A stretch of 63,501 bases of DNA, filler included, from an uncultured Methanosarcinales archaeon (GTDB lineage: Archaea; Nanobdellota; Nanobdellia; Woesearchaeales; DSVV01): assembly GCA_964593285.1 (NCBI GenBank). It is 4 parts of 4 records of this genome, joined end to end, with 100 filler letters (N's around TTAATTAATTAA, not from the genome) between each part and the next. Parts side by side here need not be neighbours in the genome. Positions count along the whole stretch, not along the records: positions 19,081 to 44,840 come from CAZQHZ010000016.1; 3 more parts are not named here. One strand, 5' to 3'. A program made the position numbers and the translations under genes. Under the pieces are notes generated by a model that saw only the letters and a list, made by a program, of their open reading frames with translations, ran no database searches and was not told the origin of the DNA. Below, in pieces: positions 30,606-40,138 of the stretch. Every line of letters starts with the position of its first letter. Within the stretch, counting starts at the first letter, position 1.

Positions 30606-30946
30606 TCTCCTTTTTTATTTTTTTCAATTTTTGATTTTAAAACTAATGAACAAACAAGCATTATATTACCAAGTATTAATATAGACCACTCATAAGCCAA
30701 AATACTATTTTTGTGCAATAAAATAATGAATGAAATTAATACTAAAATAATTCCAAATAAAAAAAAGATAAAACTTGCAACAATTTTTACAACGTTAGTA
30801 ATTAATCGCTCAATTGTTTTACTAATAGATTCAAACAAATTATCAAAAAAATTCTTAAATAAATCATATAAAAATCCACTACTAAAAGTTTTTAATAAAA
30901 TATCAAAAAAACTTTCTTTTTTTTCTTTTCCCTCTTTTTTTTCCAT
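30602..30946 (-). CDS. Two-TM protein, YqjE/holin-like
   Basis: Amphipathic N-helix plus two TM helices, overlapping the DUF883-like gene. Confidence 0.55.
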   Translation of the reverse strand: MEKKEGKEKKESFFDILLKTFSSGFLYDLFKNFFDNLFESISKTIERLITNVVKIVASFIFFLFGIILVLISFIILLHKNSILAYEWSILILGNIMLVCSLVLKSKIEKNKKGE

Positions 30947-31011
30947 TTTATTATATTAAAACCTCTTTTATATTTAAATTTTATGAAATAAAATAAATTA
31001 AAAAATAAAAT

Positions 31012-31104
31012 TTAGTTTTTCTTTTCTAATCTACTTTTTCTAAGTTTTATAAATTCTCGCCAATCTTTTTCAATTTCATCATTTGTTCTTTGTTGGTTTT
31101 CCAT
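31012..31104 (-). CDS. Possible 30-aa small protein
   Basis: MENQQRTNDEIEKDWREFIKLRKSRLEKKN*, 10 nt after upstream stop with GTGA SD-like sequence. Confidence 0.4.
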   Translation of the reverse strand: MENQQRTNDEIEKDWREFIKLRKSRLEKKN

Positions 31105-31114
31105 TTTATTTCAC

Positions 31115-31351
31115 TTAATTAAAATTATTAATTCCTTTTAATTTTTTAATATTGTTTATTAAATCATTATCATTATTGTTAATATTTAAATTTTTTTGAT
31201 ATTCATTTAAAAAATTAATAAAAAAATTTATTTCATCAATTGCACCACTAATTTTCAATACTCTTTCTTCTTTTAATTCTCGTGTATCAATTAAATATTG
31301 TAATTTTTCTTTTCTTTTCATGTAAGCTTTTATAATTGGTTTATATACCAT
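31115..31351 (-). CDS. Hypothetical protein
   Basis: ATG 31351 preceded by GGTGA; overlaps upstream gene. Confidence 0.6.
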   Translation of the reverse strand: MVYKPIIKAYMKRKEKLQYLIDTRELKEERVLKISGAIDEINFFINFLNEYQKNLNINNNDNDLINNIKKLKGINNFN

Positions 31352-31667
31352 TAAAATCACCTTTTGCTTGATAATTATTTTTTATTTGTTTAATTTCTGA
31401 TAAAAAATATTGTAAGCAATCTATTTCACAAAATATTGCTTTTTTTCTAAATTCATTTTCACCAAAAATTAATGTAAATGATGTTGGATGGCTTGATACA
31501 TCTTTTCCACAAGTAATACAATAGCCTGTTTTTGAATTTTCTAATAATTTTATTTTTTTATCTAATTGCTTTTTTAGATTAATTGCACCATTTGATATTT
31601 CTGCCCGTAATTTATATAATTCATTTTCAGGCATTGTTTCAATAATTTGATTAATTTTTGAATCCAT
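31341..31667 (-). CDS. Hypothetical treble-clef/TRASH-like zinc-binding protein
   Basis: CITCG...FCEIDCL; GGTGA SD. Confidence 0.7.
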   Translation of the reverse strand: MDSKINQIIETMPENELYKLRAEISNGAINLKKQLDKKIKLLENSKTGYCITCGKDVSSHPTSFTLIFGENEFRKKAIFCEIDCLQYFLSEIKQIKNNYQAKGDFNGI

Positions 31668-31690
31668 ATTTTCACCTTTTTTTATATAAT

Positions 31691-32944
31691 TTACAAATCA
31701 TAAAAGTCACCATTGTTTGGAATAATAACATTACATTTATCTTTAAATTCATCTTCTATTGATTTTAATGCTTCTCTGTCGCCATGTTGTAAAAATAAAT
31801 TTTTAGGATTTGCTTTTTTTATTAATTCTATAATTTCATTTTTGCCTGCATGAGCACTAAAATCAAATTTTTCTAAATTACACTGTACTTTTATTCTGTT
31901 TCCATCAATAAATACTCTTCCTTCATCAACTAATAATTTACCATTAGTTCCATCACCTTGATAGCCTGTTAGTAATATTGAATTTTTAGAATTGTGAAAA
32001 AAATATTTTAAATAATCAATAACAGGTCCTCCATCAAGCATTCCTGATGTTGTAATTATTATTGATTGAGTTTTAGCTATTTGTTCTCGCTCTTTCCATG
32101 ATTTAACATATTTTACATTACTTAAAGATTTACAATATTTTTCATGATTAGAAATATATTCTGATTTATTTTTATATAAATTTGAAACTTTTTTTGCCAT
32201 TCCATCTAAATAGATTGGTACTTTAAAATTTCTAGATGCCAAAATAAGAATAATTTCTTGAGCTCGTCCAACTGCAAATGCAGGAATTAAAACATTTCCA
32301 CCATTCTTTAGTGTTTTAGAAATTTTATCTAAAAATTTCTTTTCTTCTTCTTTTCTATTAGGATGGTTTCTATCTCCATATGTTGTTTCACATATCATAT
32401 AATCTATATTAGAAAAATTTGGTTTTGAAGCTTTTAATAGTTTTGTATCTAATGTATTAAAATCTCCTGTATATAATATTTTTTTGTCATTTATTTCTAA
32501 AAAGACATACGCTGAACCTGGAATGTGTGCAGAATAGTGAAAACTAAATTTTATATCTTTAAAATCATATATATTTTCATTTTTTATTATATTCATATAT
32601 CCTAAGATTGAATATAAATTTTCTTTTGTATAAATTGGAAATTGTTTATTAATTAACTCAATTTTATAAGAGTCTTTTAATAAAATTTTAGAAGTCTCCT
32701 TAGTCATTAAATTACAAAATATAGGACATGATAATCCTTTTTTATTTAGTAAAGGTAATGCTCCTGTATGATCTAAATGAGCATGACTTAAAAAAACTGC
32801 CTCAATATCTATGCAATCATGAATTAATGGGTATTCACTTCCTTCCTCAGTTATTTTAAGGCCAGAATCAAGTAAAAATCTGCCATCTACTTTAATACAA
32901 CTTCTTCCAACTTCATTTGCTCCACCAAAAAATTCAAATTTCAT
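31691..32944 (-). CDS. Beta-CASP metallo-beta-lactamase ribonuclease (aCPSF2-like)
   Basis: GGANEVGRSC, SHAHLDH, AHIPGS, YTGDF, ETTYG, AVGRAQE, FSAHA, QHGD. Confidence 0.92.
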   Translation of the reverse strand: MKFEFFGGANEVGRSCIKVDGRFLLDSGLKITEEGSEYPLIHDCIDIEAVFLSHAHLDHTGALPLLNKKGLSCPIFCNLMTKETSKILLKDSYKIELINKQFPIYTKENLYSILGYMNIIKNENIYDFKDIKFSFHYSAHIPGSAYVFLEINDKKILYTGDFNTLDTKLLKASKPNFSNIDYMICETTYGDRNHPNRKEEEKKFLDKISKTLKNGGNVLIPAFAVGRAQEIILILASRNFKVPIYLDGMAKKVSNLYKNKSEYISNHEKYCKSLSNVKYVKSWKEREQIAKTQSIIITTSGMLDGGPVIDYLKYFFHNSKNSILLTGYQGDGTNGKLLVDEGRVFIDGNRIKVQCNLEKFDFSAHAGKNEIIELIKKANPKNLFLQHGDREALKSIEDEFKDKCNVIIPNNGDFYDL

Positions 32945-33189
32945 TTTATAATAATTTTCAACATTTATTAGTAATTAATAATATACTAAAAAGTATACTT
33001 ACATATTTTATATATTAACTAGTATATAAAGTTTTTTGTTTTTGCTATTTTTTGAAATATATAATCAATTAGAAAATTTAATTTTAAAATTAAAATACAC
33101 ATTATTTTTATGCATTATTAATAAAAAATTTTATATGTTATTTATTCACATATAAATTATTAAAATATTTTTTAACAATCAAATTATAA

Positions 33190-33917
33190 AATATGTTTTG
33201 CTTTAATAGTTTACTTTTTATTAAGTGTGTTTTTATTTTTTTAGCAAAAATTGTTAATTTATTTTCCAACAAATCAAAATTTTCATGATTGTAAATACTT
33301 TTTAGATTATGAAAAAAAATATATAATAATATCAGATTTTATTTTAAAGAAAGTATTAATAATTAATGTATTAGTATATTACCACGGAAATTATGATTCT
33401 ATGTGTGAATCGATGAATTTTAAAAAAAATTTTGAAAAAACAAATAATAATCTAATTTTTTTTGAATATGCAAGGTATTCTAATGATAATAAAAAACTTT
33501 CAAAATTAATACTAAAAGATGTAGAAAATATTAATCTATTTATTTTTAAAAAAGATATGATAAATTTTTTGTATATGGCGAAGATATTGGTAGTGGTGCT
33601 TCAATTTATCATGGGAAAATTAGAAAGGTAGATTATTTCACTTTTTTCTATTTTAAAAAATGTAGCACAAGATACATATAAAATATATCCTGCATCAATC
33701 TAATTAAAAGAAAATTATGATAATATTAAAAGGCTAAAAAATTATAAAAACAACATAATTATTTTTCATGGAGACAAAAACAATATTATTAATCCTAAAT
33801 TTTCAAAAAAATTATTTGAAAATTTAAATACAACAAAAAAAATATGAATTAATAGAAAATTATGAACATAATAATATTTGAAATTCAATAGAATTTAAAA
33901 CCAAATTAATAGAATAA
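33190..33917 (+). pseudogene. Degraded alpha/beta hydrolase
   Basis: In-frame TAG at 33242; motifs IYFP, YHGN, YGEDIGSG, IFHGDKNNII and EHNN fall in different frames; nucleophile Ser position is Asp. Confidence 0.75.
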
Positions 33918-33940
33918 TATTAAAAAAAATAATTAAAAAA

Positions 33941-34678
33941 TTAATAAAAAATTTCTATTTCTGCAGTTTGACTTAATTCGTCTGCTAATTCAAATAATAA
34001 TTGATTAGCTTTTTGCGCTGCTAGATGTTCTTTAATGTCTTCACTGATAACTTCAAATGATTCATTACCCATCATTTCTTGATTTTCTTCATAAAAATTC
34101 ATTGCTTCTTCATCACTAATTTCAATATCTTGTTTTTCTTCTTCAATTAATAACATATATTTTGCTTCGCCCTTTTGTTCTTCAATGAATTCATCATAAT
34201 CTAATCCTTGTGTTGCAACCATTTCTTTTAACTCCTCAATACTTAACCCTTGTTCTAAAAACAATGCTTCTACATCTTCTTTGCTTGCAGAATATCCACG
34301 ATCATCAGCTTCTTGAATTAATAGTTGTTGTGTAACTAATTGGTTAACTGCATCTTCAACTGAAAGTTCCATTCCTTGCATTTGCATTTGTGTTTGCAGT
34401 GATGAAACAGTTTCTCCTAAAATTTCATCTCCATTAACAGTTGCAACAACTTCTGGTAATTCTTCTTGTGCTGGTTGCTCAACTTGTTGGTCATCTACAA
34501 CAATTTGATCATCTGTAGTAGGTTGATCATCAACAACTGGTTGCTCAACTTGTTGATCGTTTTGTTGATCGTTTTCATCTAAATCATCTAATTGATCTTC
34601 ATATGCAGGTCCTTGATTACATGCACTAACAAATAACACAGCAACCATACATAAAATAAGCATTAATTTTTTGTTCAT
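33941..34678 (-). CDS. SurA N-terminal-domain (foldase-like) lipoprotein with Q/D-rich linker
   Basis: Lipobox-like LFVSAC; VVATVNGDEI, LVTQQLLIQEA, ISDEEAMNFYEEN. Confidence 0.85.
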   Translation of the reverse strand: MNKKLMLILCMVAVLFVSACNQGPAYEDQLDDLDENDQQNDQQVEQPVVDDQPTTDDQIVVDDQQVEQPAQEELPEVVATVNGDEILGETVSSLQTQMQMQGMELSVEDAVNQLVTQQLLIQEADDRGYSASKEDVEALFLEQGLSIEELKEMVATQGLDYDEFIEEQKGEAKYMLLIEEEKQDIEISDEEAMNFYEENQEMMGNESFEVISEDIKEHLAAQKANQLLFELADELSQTAEIEIFY

Positions 34679-34738
34679 ATTTATCACCTTTATATTTCTG
34701 AAAAAACATTTTATATTTAAGTTTTGTGTAAAACTTTT

Positions 34739-34948
34739 TTAGTTTACTAATTGATCATCAGTAGTAGGTTGATTATCTACAACCACATTATCATCTGTAG
34801 TAGGTTGATCATCAACAACTGGTTGCTCAACTTGTTGATCAGTTTCACCTAAATCATCTAATTGATCTTCATATGCAGGTCCTTGATTACATGCACTAAG
34901 AAATAATACAGCAACCATACATAAAATAAGCATTAATTTTTTATTCAT
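34739..34948 (-). CDS. Truncated tandem duplicate of the 5' end of the SurA-like gene (69-aa lipopeptide or pseudogene)
   Basis: Near-identical SD, signal peptide and linker; stops before the SurA domain. Confidence 0.75.
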   Translation of the reverse strand: MNKKLMLILCMVAVLFLSACNQGPAYEDQLDDLGETDQQVEQPVVDDQPTTDDNVVVDNQPTTDDQLVN

Positions 34949-35050
34949 TTTTATCACCTTTGTTGTAAAAAAAAAAAATCATTTTTAAATTTTTTGATAA
35001 CATCTTTACAAACATTTTTATAACAGATATTTGTTCCTATAAAATACTAA

Positions 35051-35527
35051 ATGAAATTAATAAATATAATAAAATTAATTATTTCAATTATTATCTGTCA
35101 ATTAGCAGGTGTTATTGGTTCTATTTTTACAGTAAATACAATTGCAACATGGTATGAAACATTAAATAAACCTTTTTTTAATCCACCAGGATTTATATTT
35201 GGTCCAGTATGGATTATTTTATATTTTTTAATTGGAATTTCTTTATATAGTGTGTGGAGTAAAAAAATAAATACAAAAACTAAAAAACTTGCAATAATTA
35301 TTTTTTTTATTCAATTAATTTTAAATGCAATGTGGTCAATAATTTTTTTTGGTTTAAAATCACCTTTTTTTGCATTTATTGAAATAATTTTTTTGTGGAT
35401 TTTTATTTTTTTAACAATGTTTTATTTTAATAAAATTTCAAAAATTGCAACATATTTGTTAATTCCTTATTTATTATGGGTTAGTTTTGCATTAATATTA
35501 AATTTTTCAATTTATCTTTTAAATTAA
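35051..35527 (+). CDS. tspO: TspO/MBR tryptophan-rich sensory protein
   Basis: WYETLNKPFFNPPGFIFGPVW, LNAMWSIIFFG, PYLLWVSFA. Confidence 0.95.
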   Translation: MKLINIIKLIISIIICQLAGVIGSIFTVNTIATWYETLNKPFFNPPGFIFGPVWIILYFLIGISLYSVWSKKINTKTKKLAIIIFFIQLILNAMWSIIFFGLKSPFFAFIEIIFLWIFIFLTMFYFNKISKIATYLLIPYLLWVSFALILNFSIYLLN

Positions 35528-35541
35528 TTATTTTATTAATT

Positions 35542-35988
35542 TTGAAAATAAAAATTGAATACATAAATAAATTATATAAATGTAAAAATATTATACACCA
35601 AGGAGAAATTTCTTTTGGAAATTATGAGCAAGCAACATATCTTGGTAGTTGTATTAGTTTAATTTTATTTTCTAGTGAATTAAAAATGGGTGGATTATCA
35701 CATATTGTTGAACATATAACAAATATAGGTAAATACAATTTTGCAAATGAAATAATTGATAAATATTTAGAAATTAAAAAAAATTACAAACTTTTTGATT
35801 CAAAATATTATATTGTTGGTGGTTCATCAACAAGTGGACATGTTTTTAAAAATACAAAAATAGAATTAGAAAAAAACAATATTAAATATAAAATTATTGA
35901 TGTTTTAGGAAATTACCATAGAAGTATATGTTTAATTCCAAAAGAAAATACAATAAAAATATTTAAAAAAGGTTTTGCTAAAATTTAA
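35542..35988 (+). CDS. CheD-like deamidase
   Basis: LGSCI, GGLSHI, VGGS, DVLGNYHRSI; TTG start. Confidence 0.7.
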   Translation: MKIKIEYINKLYKCKNIIHQGEISFGNYEQATYLGSCISLILFSSELKMGGLSHIVEHITNIGKYNFANEIIDKYLEIKKNYKLFDSKYYIVGGSSTSGHVFKNTKIELEKNNIKYKIIDVLGNYHRSICLIPKENTIKIFKKGFAKI

Positions 35989-36623
35989 ATTTTTTCAAAA
36001 TATAAATTTGCTAATTCGTTTATTTTATCTTCTTTTTCATTATTATAATAAATTATTGGAATCCTAAAATTGATTATTTTTTGATTATTATGTATTGGAA
36101 TTAATAATTGCATATCGTCTGTAAAATCATCCCAATCAATAAAAATTATTTCATTTTTTGATATTTCTTCTAAGGAATCATAAAAAACAATATTTTCTTC
36201 TAAAAAATAATTTTTTACTATTTCTTTTGGTAAATATGTATGAATTGTTAAATTATTTAATACACTATAATCAATGAATTGCTTTGTTTGATAAATTAAA
36301 GTGTAACTTTTTTTTAATTTTATTTCATTTTTATTTATTAATTCTGTATCTAATGCAGTTCTTCCAACAATTACTAAATCTAAATTATTTTGATTTAATT
36401 GTTTTAAAGCAGAAGCTGTTGTATCTAATGGAATTAATTCAATATTATCAACAATTTTTTCTTCATTATTTATATTAATAAATTCATCAACATATGGTTT
36501 CATAGTCGGACAATACCCTAATGTCAAATTAATTTTTTGATTATCAATAATATTTTTATCACTAGAACAAGAAATTATAAATAAAAATATAGTTATTAGT
36601 AAAAATAATTTTTTAACAGTCAT
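35985..36623 (-). CDS. Lipoprotein, possible periplasmic-binding-protein-like fold
   Basis: Lipobox-like FIISC; GYCPTM, TASALKQL...DLVIVGR. Confidence 0.55.
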   Translation of the reverse strand: MTVKKLFLLITIFLFIISCSSDKNIIDNQKINLTLGYCPTMKPYVDEFININNEEKIVDNIELIPLDTTASALKQLNQNNLDLVIVGRTALDTELINKNEIKLKKSYTLIYQTKQFIDYSVLNNLTIHTYLPKEIVKNYFLEENIVFYDSLEEISKNEIIFIDWDDFTDDMQLLIPIHNNQKIINFRIPIIYYNNEKEDKINELANLYFEKI

Positions 36624-37035
36624 TGTCAATACATTCAATAATTTGATTTGTTATTTGATCTTTAATCCCTTCATTATAACCAACCCAAGTTTTATTTCCA
36701 ATAATTGTAATTGGTGTTGATGCAGGATTAAAATTTAATATATTTGATATATTATTAAAAAAATCTTTATTGTCTTTATTATTTATTTCATATTTAAATA
36801 AAAGAACATTAGAATTTGAATTTTCAATTTCTTCTAAAATTGGTTTTAAAATATTTGATGCAGAGCAGCTTTCCTGCCAAAAAAAATATATAATTAATCT
36901 ATTTTGACTATCATATGTCCTAAAAGTGTATTTATCTTCTAAAGTTTCATCATCTGTTTTATTTGTTTGACTATTACAACCAAATAAAGCTAATGAAATT
37001 AAAAAAAATACAATTAAAAATTTTTTATTTTCCAT
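36613..37035 (-). CDS. Thioredoxin-fold lipoprotein (CxxS)
   Basis: LFGC lipobox; YFFWQESCSAS; TPITIIG..WVGY. Confidence 0.75.
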   Translation of the reverse strand: MENKKFLIVFFLISLALFGCNSQTNKTDDETLEDKYTFRTYDSQNRLIIYFFWQESCSASNILKPILEEIENSNSNVLLFKYEINNKDNKDFFNNISNILNFNPASTPITIIGNKTWVGYNEGIKDQITNQIIECIDNDC

Positions 37036-37059
37036 TTTGAAAATTTACTTTTATATATT

Positions 37060-37470
37060 TTATGGCATAGTACAGTTTGTAGCTTTAGCTAATGCTTCAA
37101 GAGTTCTTTTACCTTCATAAATGTTTCCATTTATATGTATTTCTGGAATATAATTAGTTTTTGTCTCTTCATTGCATCTTTCTTGTTCTTCACTGCATTC
37201 AACATAAACTGGTTCTGCATTTTCAAGTCCACCTAGTGTTTCAACTAAAGCACTACATGCAGGACAAAATTTACTTCCATAAATAGTAATGCCATTTTCT
37301 GCTAAACATTGATTAAATTCAAGCATTGTAATTTCATCTTCATCGGTTTTATTTTGATTATCATTCTGGTCAGTGTCATTATTTAAACTATTATTACACC
37401 CACTAAAAAATAAAGCAAATAAAACCAAAACAAATAACATTTTATATTTAATATTCATATTTTTCACCAT
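37060..37470 (-). CDS. Thioredoxin/glutaredoxin-fold lipoprotein (CPAC)
   Basis: FSGC lipobox; YGSKFCPAC, YVEC, YIP..INGNIYEG. Confidence 0.8.
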   Translation of the reverse strand: MVKNMNIKYKMLFVLVLFALFFSGCNNSLNNDTDQNDNQNKTDEDEITMLEFNQCLAENGITIYGSKFCPACSALVETLGGLENAEPVYVECSEEQERCNEETKTNYIPEIHINGNIYEGKRTLEALAKATNCTMP

Positions 37471-37707
37471 TTATTTTTCTAATACTTCATTTATTTTTTT
37501 TTCATCAAATCCTGCTAAAATTTCATCATCAATTTGAATCATTGGAATTCTTCTAACTTTTGTTTTTTCAAATAATTCCTTTGCTTTTTTTGGATTTTCA
37601 AAAGTATCTATTTCTTCAAATTCAATATTTTTATCTTTAAAAAATTTTTTTGCTTTTTCACATTCCATACATACAGGAGATGTATATACTATAACTTTTT
37701 TTGTCAT
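37471..37707 (-). CDS. Glutaredoxin/NrdH-like protein
   Basis: VYTSPVCMEC, IPMIQI, GFD. Confidence 0.9.
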   Translation of the reverse strand: MTKKVIVYTSPVCMECEKAKKFFKDKNIEFEEIDTFENPKKAKELFEKTKVRRIPMIQIDDEILAGFDEKKINEVLEK

Positions 37708-37719
37708 TTAAAATCACCT

Positions 37720-38874
37720 CTAAAAAAACTTAATTATGTAATAATATGCAAGTGCAAATAAAACCACTGAACCTGCAAGATAAATCCATGTAATAAATTT
37801 TGAATTTGCAAACCAAACATCTTTTGTTATAACTGCACCAACAAATATTGCAATTTGTATAAACATATAAAAAAATAGATATAAAATAATATATGAAATA
37901 TAACTAAGTGTTGATAAACCATGATCTGCTAATATAGCTCCATAAACCATAGGTAATGCAATTGAACATGGAAGTTCAATAATTGTTACAATTCCTGCAA
38001 AAATAATAACTGCAAAAGTTAATGCAAAAAACCCAGCTTTTGTATCATTAAATGTATGTTTTACTTTTTGTGTCGCTTTAACTAAAAATTTATTTCCACT
38101 AAACTCACACCCTGGGCCATATTTATAAAAGTCAATAAATTTTTTAAAAAAATATATTCCTCCAGCTAGTGCAAAAAAACCAATTATTAAGCTTAAAAAA
38201 CTAATATGTGCTTCAATAACTCTTGAAAAGGTAGTCCATGCAAAAACTAAAACACCATAAACTACTGCAGTTGTTAAAATAAAAATACCACCATAAAAAA
38301 ACATTTTAAATCTTGAATTAAATGCTCCAATAGCAATAGTAATTATTAAAATTAATGCACCAATTGAGCAAACATTTAAACCATCTAAAAGCCCAATGAT
38401 TAATGCTAATAAAGGAATAGATAAATTACCAATATTTGTTTCTCCAAAAAAAGGTATTTGTATTATGTGTTCTCCTCTAACAGCTAAAATTTCGTTTACA
38501 ACATTTTCACCTTCAATTGCTCTTCTTACTAAATCTTTATCATCATTATAAAAATTTTGAAAATAATTATCACCAATAAAAACTGTTGGAACAATCATTC
38601 TAAAATCATCAACATTTCTCTCATCCATCATTTGATAAAATTTATCTTGATTTTCAGAATCCATTATAGAATAAGAAATAATATTAATATTTGGATATTC
38701 TTTAAGGATATTATTATCTAAAAAATCTTTAAATCTTGCACAATCAGGACACCCTCTTTGTTCAAAAAAATGTATAGTTACATCTTCATAAGTATTGTCT
38801 GCTAATGCTACTTGAAACATCACACTAAATAATAGCATGAAAAACATTGCTTTTATTAATTTTTTATTAAACAT
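37720..38874 (-). CDS. Thioredoxin-fold plus CcdA/DsbD-like multi-TM electron-transfer protein
   Basis: GCPDC and VPTVFIG; membrane Cys motifs DGLNVCS and ELPCS. Confidence 0.8.
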   Translation of the reverse strand: MFNKKLIKAMFFMLLFSVMFQVALADNTYEDVTIHFFEQRGCPDCARFKDFLDNNILKEYPNINIISYSIMDSENQDKFYQMMDERNVDDFRMIVPTVFIGDNYFQNFYNDDKDLVRRAIEGENVVNEILAVRGEHIIQIPFFGETNIGNLSIPLLALIIGLLDGLNVCSIGALILIITIAIGAFNSRFKMFFYGGIFILTTAVVYGVLVFAWTTFSRVIEAHISFLSLIIGFFALAGGIYFFKKFIDFYKYGPGCEFSGNKFLVKATQKVKHTFNDTKAGFFALTFAVIIFAGIVTIIELPCSIALPMVYGAILADHGLSTLSYISYIILYLFFYMFIQIAIFVGAVITKDVWFANSKFITWIYLAGSVVLFALAYYYIIKFF

Positions 38875-38940
38875 TGTACTGTTATAGAAAATGAAACAAT
38901 TTATAAATGTTTGTTTCATATTTTGAAACTAAAGAAAAAT

Positions 38941-39429
38941 TTAAAAATTGTCTTTGTAAATTTCATAAATATTTTCATCTAAAATAATCTTATTTGAGAT
39001 ACCATTTTTTTCCTTTTTTATGAAATTTTTTTCTTCTAATTTTGATAAAATTCTAAAAACTTTAACTTTATCTAAATTAGAATTTTTAACTAATAAAGAT
39101 TGTGAAATATTTCCTTTGTTTTTAATTATTTCAATTAATATTTTTTTCTCATCTTTATCAAAAAAATCCAAGGTTTTCATAATATTTTGCTTTATTTCTT
39201 TTTTTTCTTTAATCATTAATTTATTTAAAAAAAAGAAAGTGATTGAACCAACAAAAACACCAAGTGTTGATAAACTAATAATTATTAAAGGCATTGAAAC
39301 AGAACAACCACACCCATCTTCTATTAGAATATTCTCTTTAATATAATAAGAAATAAATGAAACTAAAAAAATAAAAGCCATTAAAATAGCTGATGCAATA
39401 AAATAAGATTTTAATTCTGTTAAATTCAT
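38941..39429 (-). CDS. Membrane-anchored winged-HTH transcriptional regulator
   Basis: Two TM helices around GCGC; DEKKIL...ISQS.L...KVKVFRILSKLEEKNFI. Confidence 0.8.
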   Translation of the reverse strand: MNLTELKSYFIASAILMAFIFLVSFISYYIKENILIEDGCGCSVSMPLIIISLSTLGVFVGSITFFFLNKLMIKEKKEIKQNIMKTLDFFDKDEKKILIEIIKNKGNISQSLLVKNSNLDKVKVFRILSKLEEKNFIKKEKNGISNKIILDENIYEIYKDNF

Positions 39430-39467
39430 AATTTTTAGATAGAAATAAAAGAAATTTAAAAAAGTTC

Positions 39468-40091
39468 TTATTTTTCTTTAAAGAAAGATAAACTTTCTTT
39501 TGACTTTTTTTGATCCATTTTTATAGTATTAAAAAAAGCAATTAAATCTTTTGGATTTCTCATCTCAAATATATTAGTTGCAAATGATGCAATTATTGTA
39601 TTAACATTATATTTTTGTGCAAGTTTTATATTTTGCATAATTTTACCAATTAATTTTTCTTTATTTTTTGATTTTAAAATATGTGAAAAAGAAAATACTA
39701 AATAAATGTTATTTTGATGCATTATTTTTGCTAAAATATGATTTAATCCTGAATTTTTATAATGCATTGAATCATTTATTGTTTCATTTTCAACATTAAA
39801 AATTGCAGTTGGTTTTTTTTTCTCAATAATTGTTCTTAAATTTTCACCAGGGTTTATAAATACAATTTTTGATAATTTTTTTGCTTTATCTAAATTATTA
39901 AAATTTGCAATTATTCCAAAATCTAAATTTATTTTATTGTCTTTTGCTTTTTTTAAAACTTTTTTATCTTTTGTTTTAATTAAAAAACTATCTAAATCAT
40001 ACAAAAAACATAAATTTTTTAAATTTAATTTTCCTGAAAATTGAATTAATTCTTCTTCATTATTATTTGGCAATAAAAAATCTGTATACAT
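39468..40091 (-). CDS. rnp3: RNase P protein component 3 (Rpp30)
   Basis: SGLNHILAK, KYNVNTIIASFA...EMRNPKDL. Confidence 0.85.
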   Translation of the reverse strand: MYTDFLLPNNNEEELIQFSGKLNLKNLCFLYDLDSFLIKTKDKKVLKKAKDNKINLDFGIIANFNNLDKAKKLSKIVFINPGENLRTIIEKKKPTAIFNVENETINDSMHYKNSGLNHILAKIMHQNNIYLVFSFSHILKSKNKEKLIGKIMQNIKLAQKYNVNTIIASFATNIFEMRNPKDLIAFFNTIKMDQKKSKESLSFFKEK

Positions 40092-40138
40092 AAATTTATG
40101 AAAAGAAAAGCTAATTTAAATTAATTTGTTTTTTTTTA

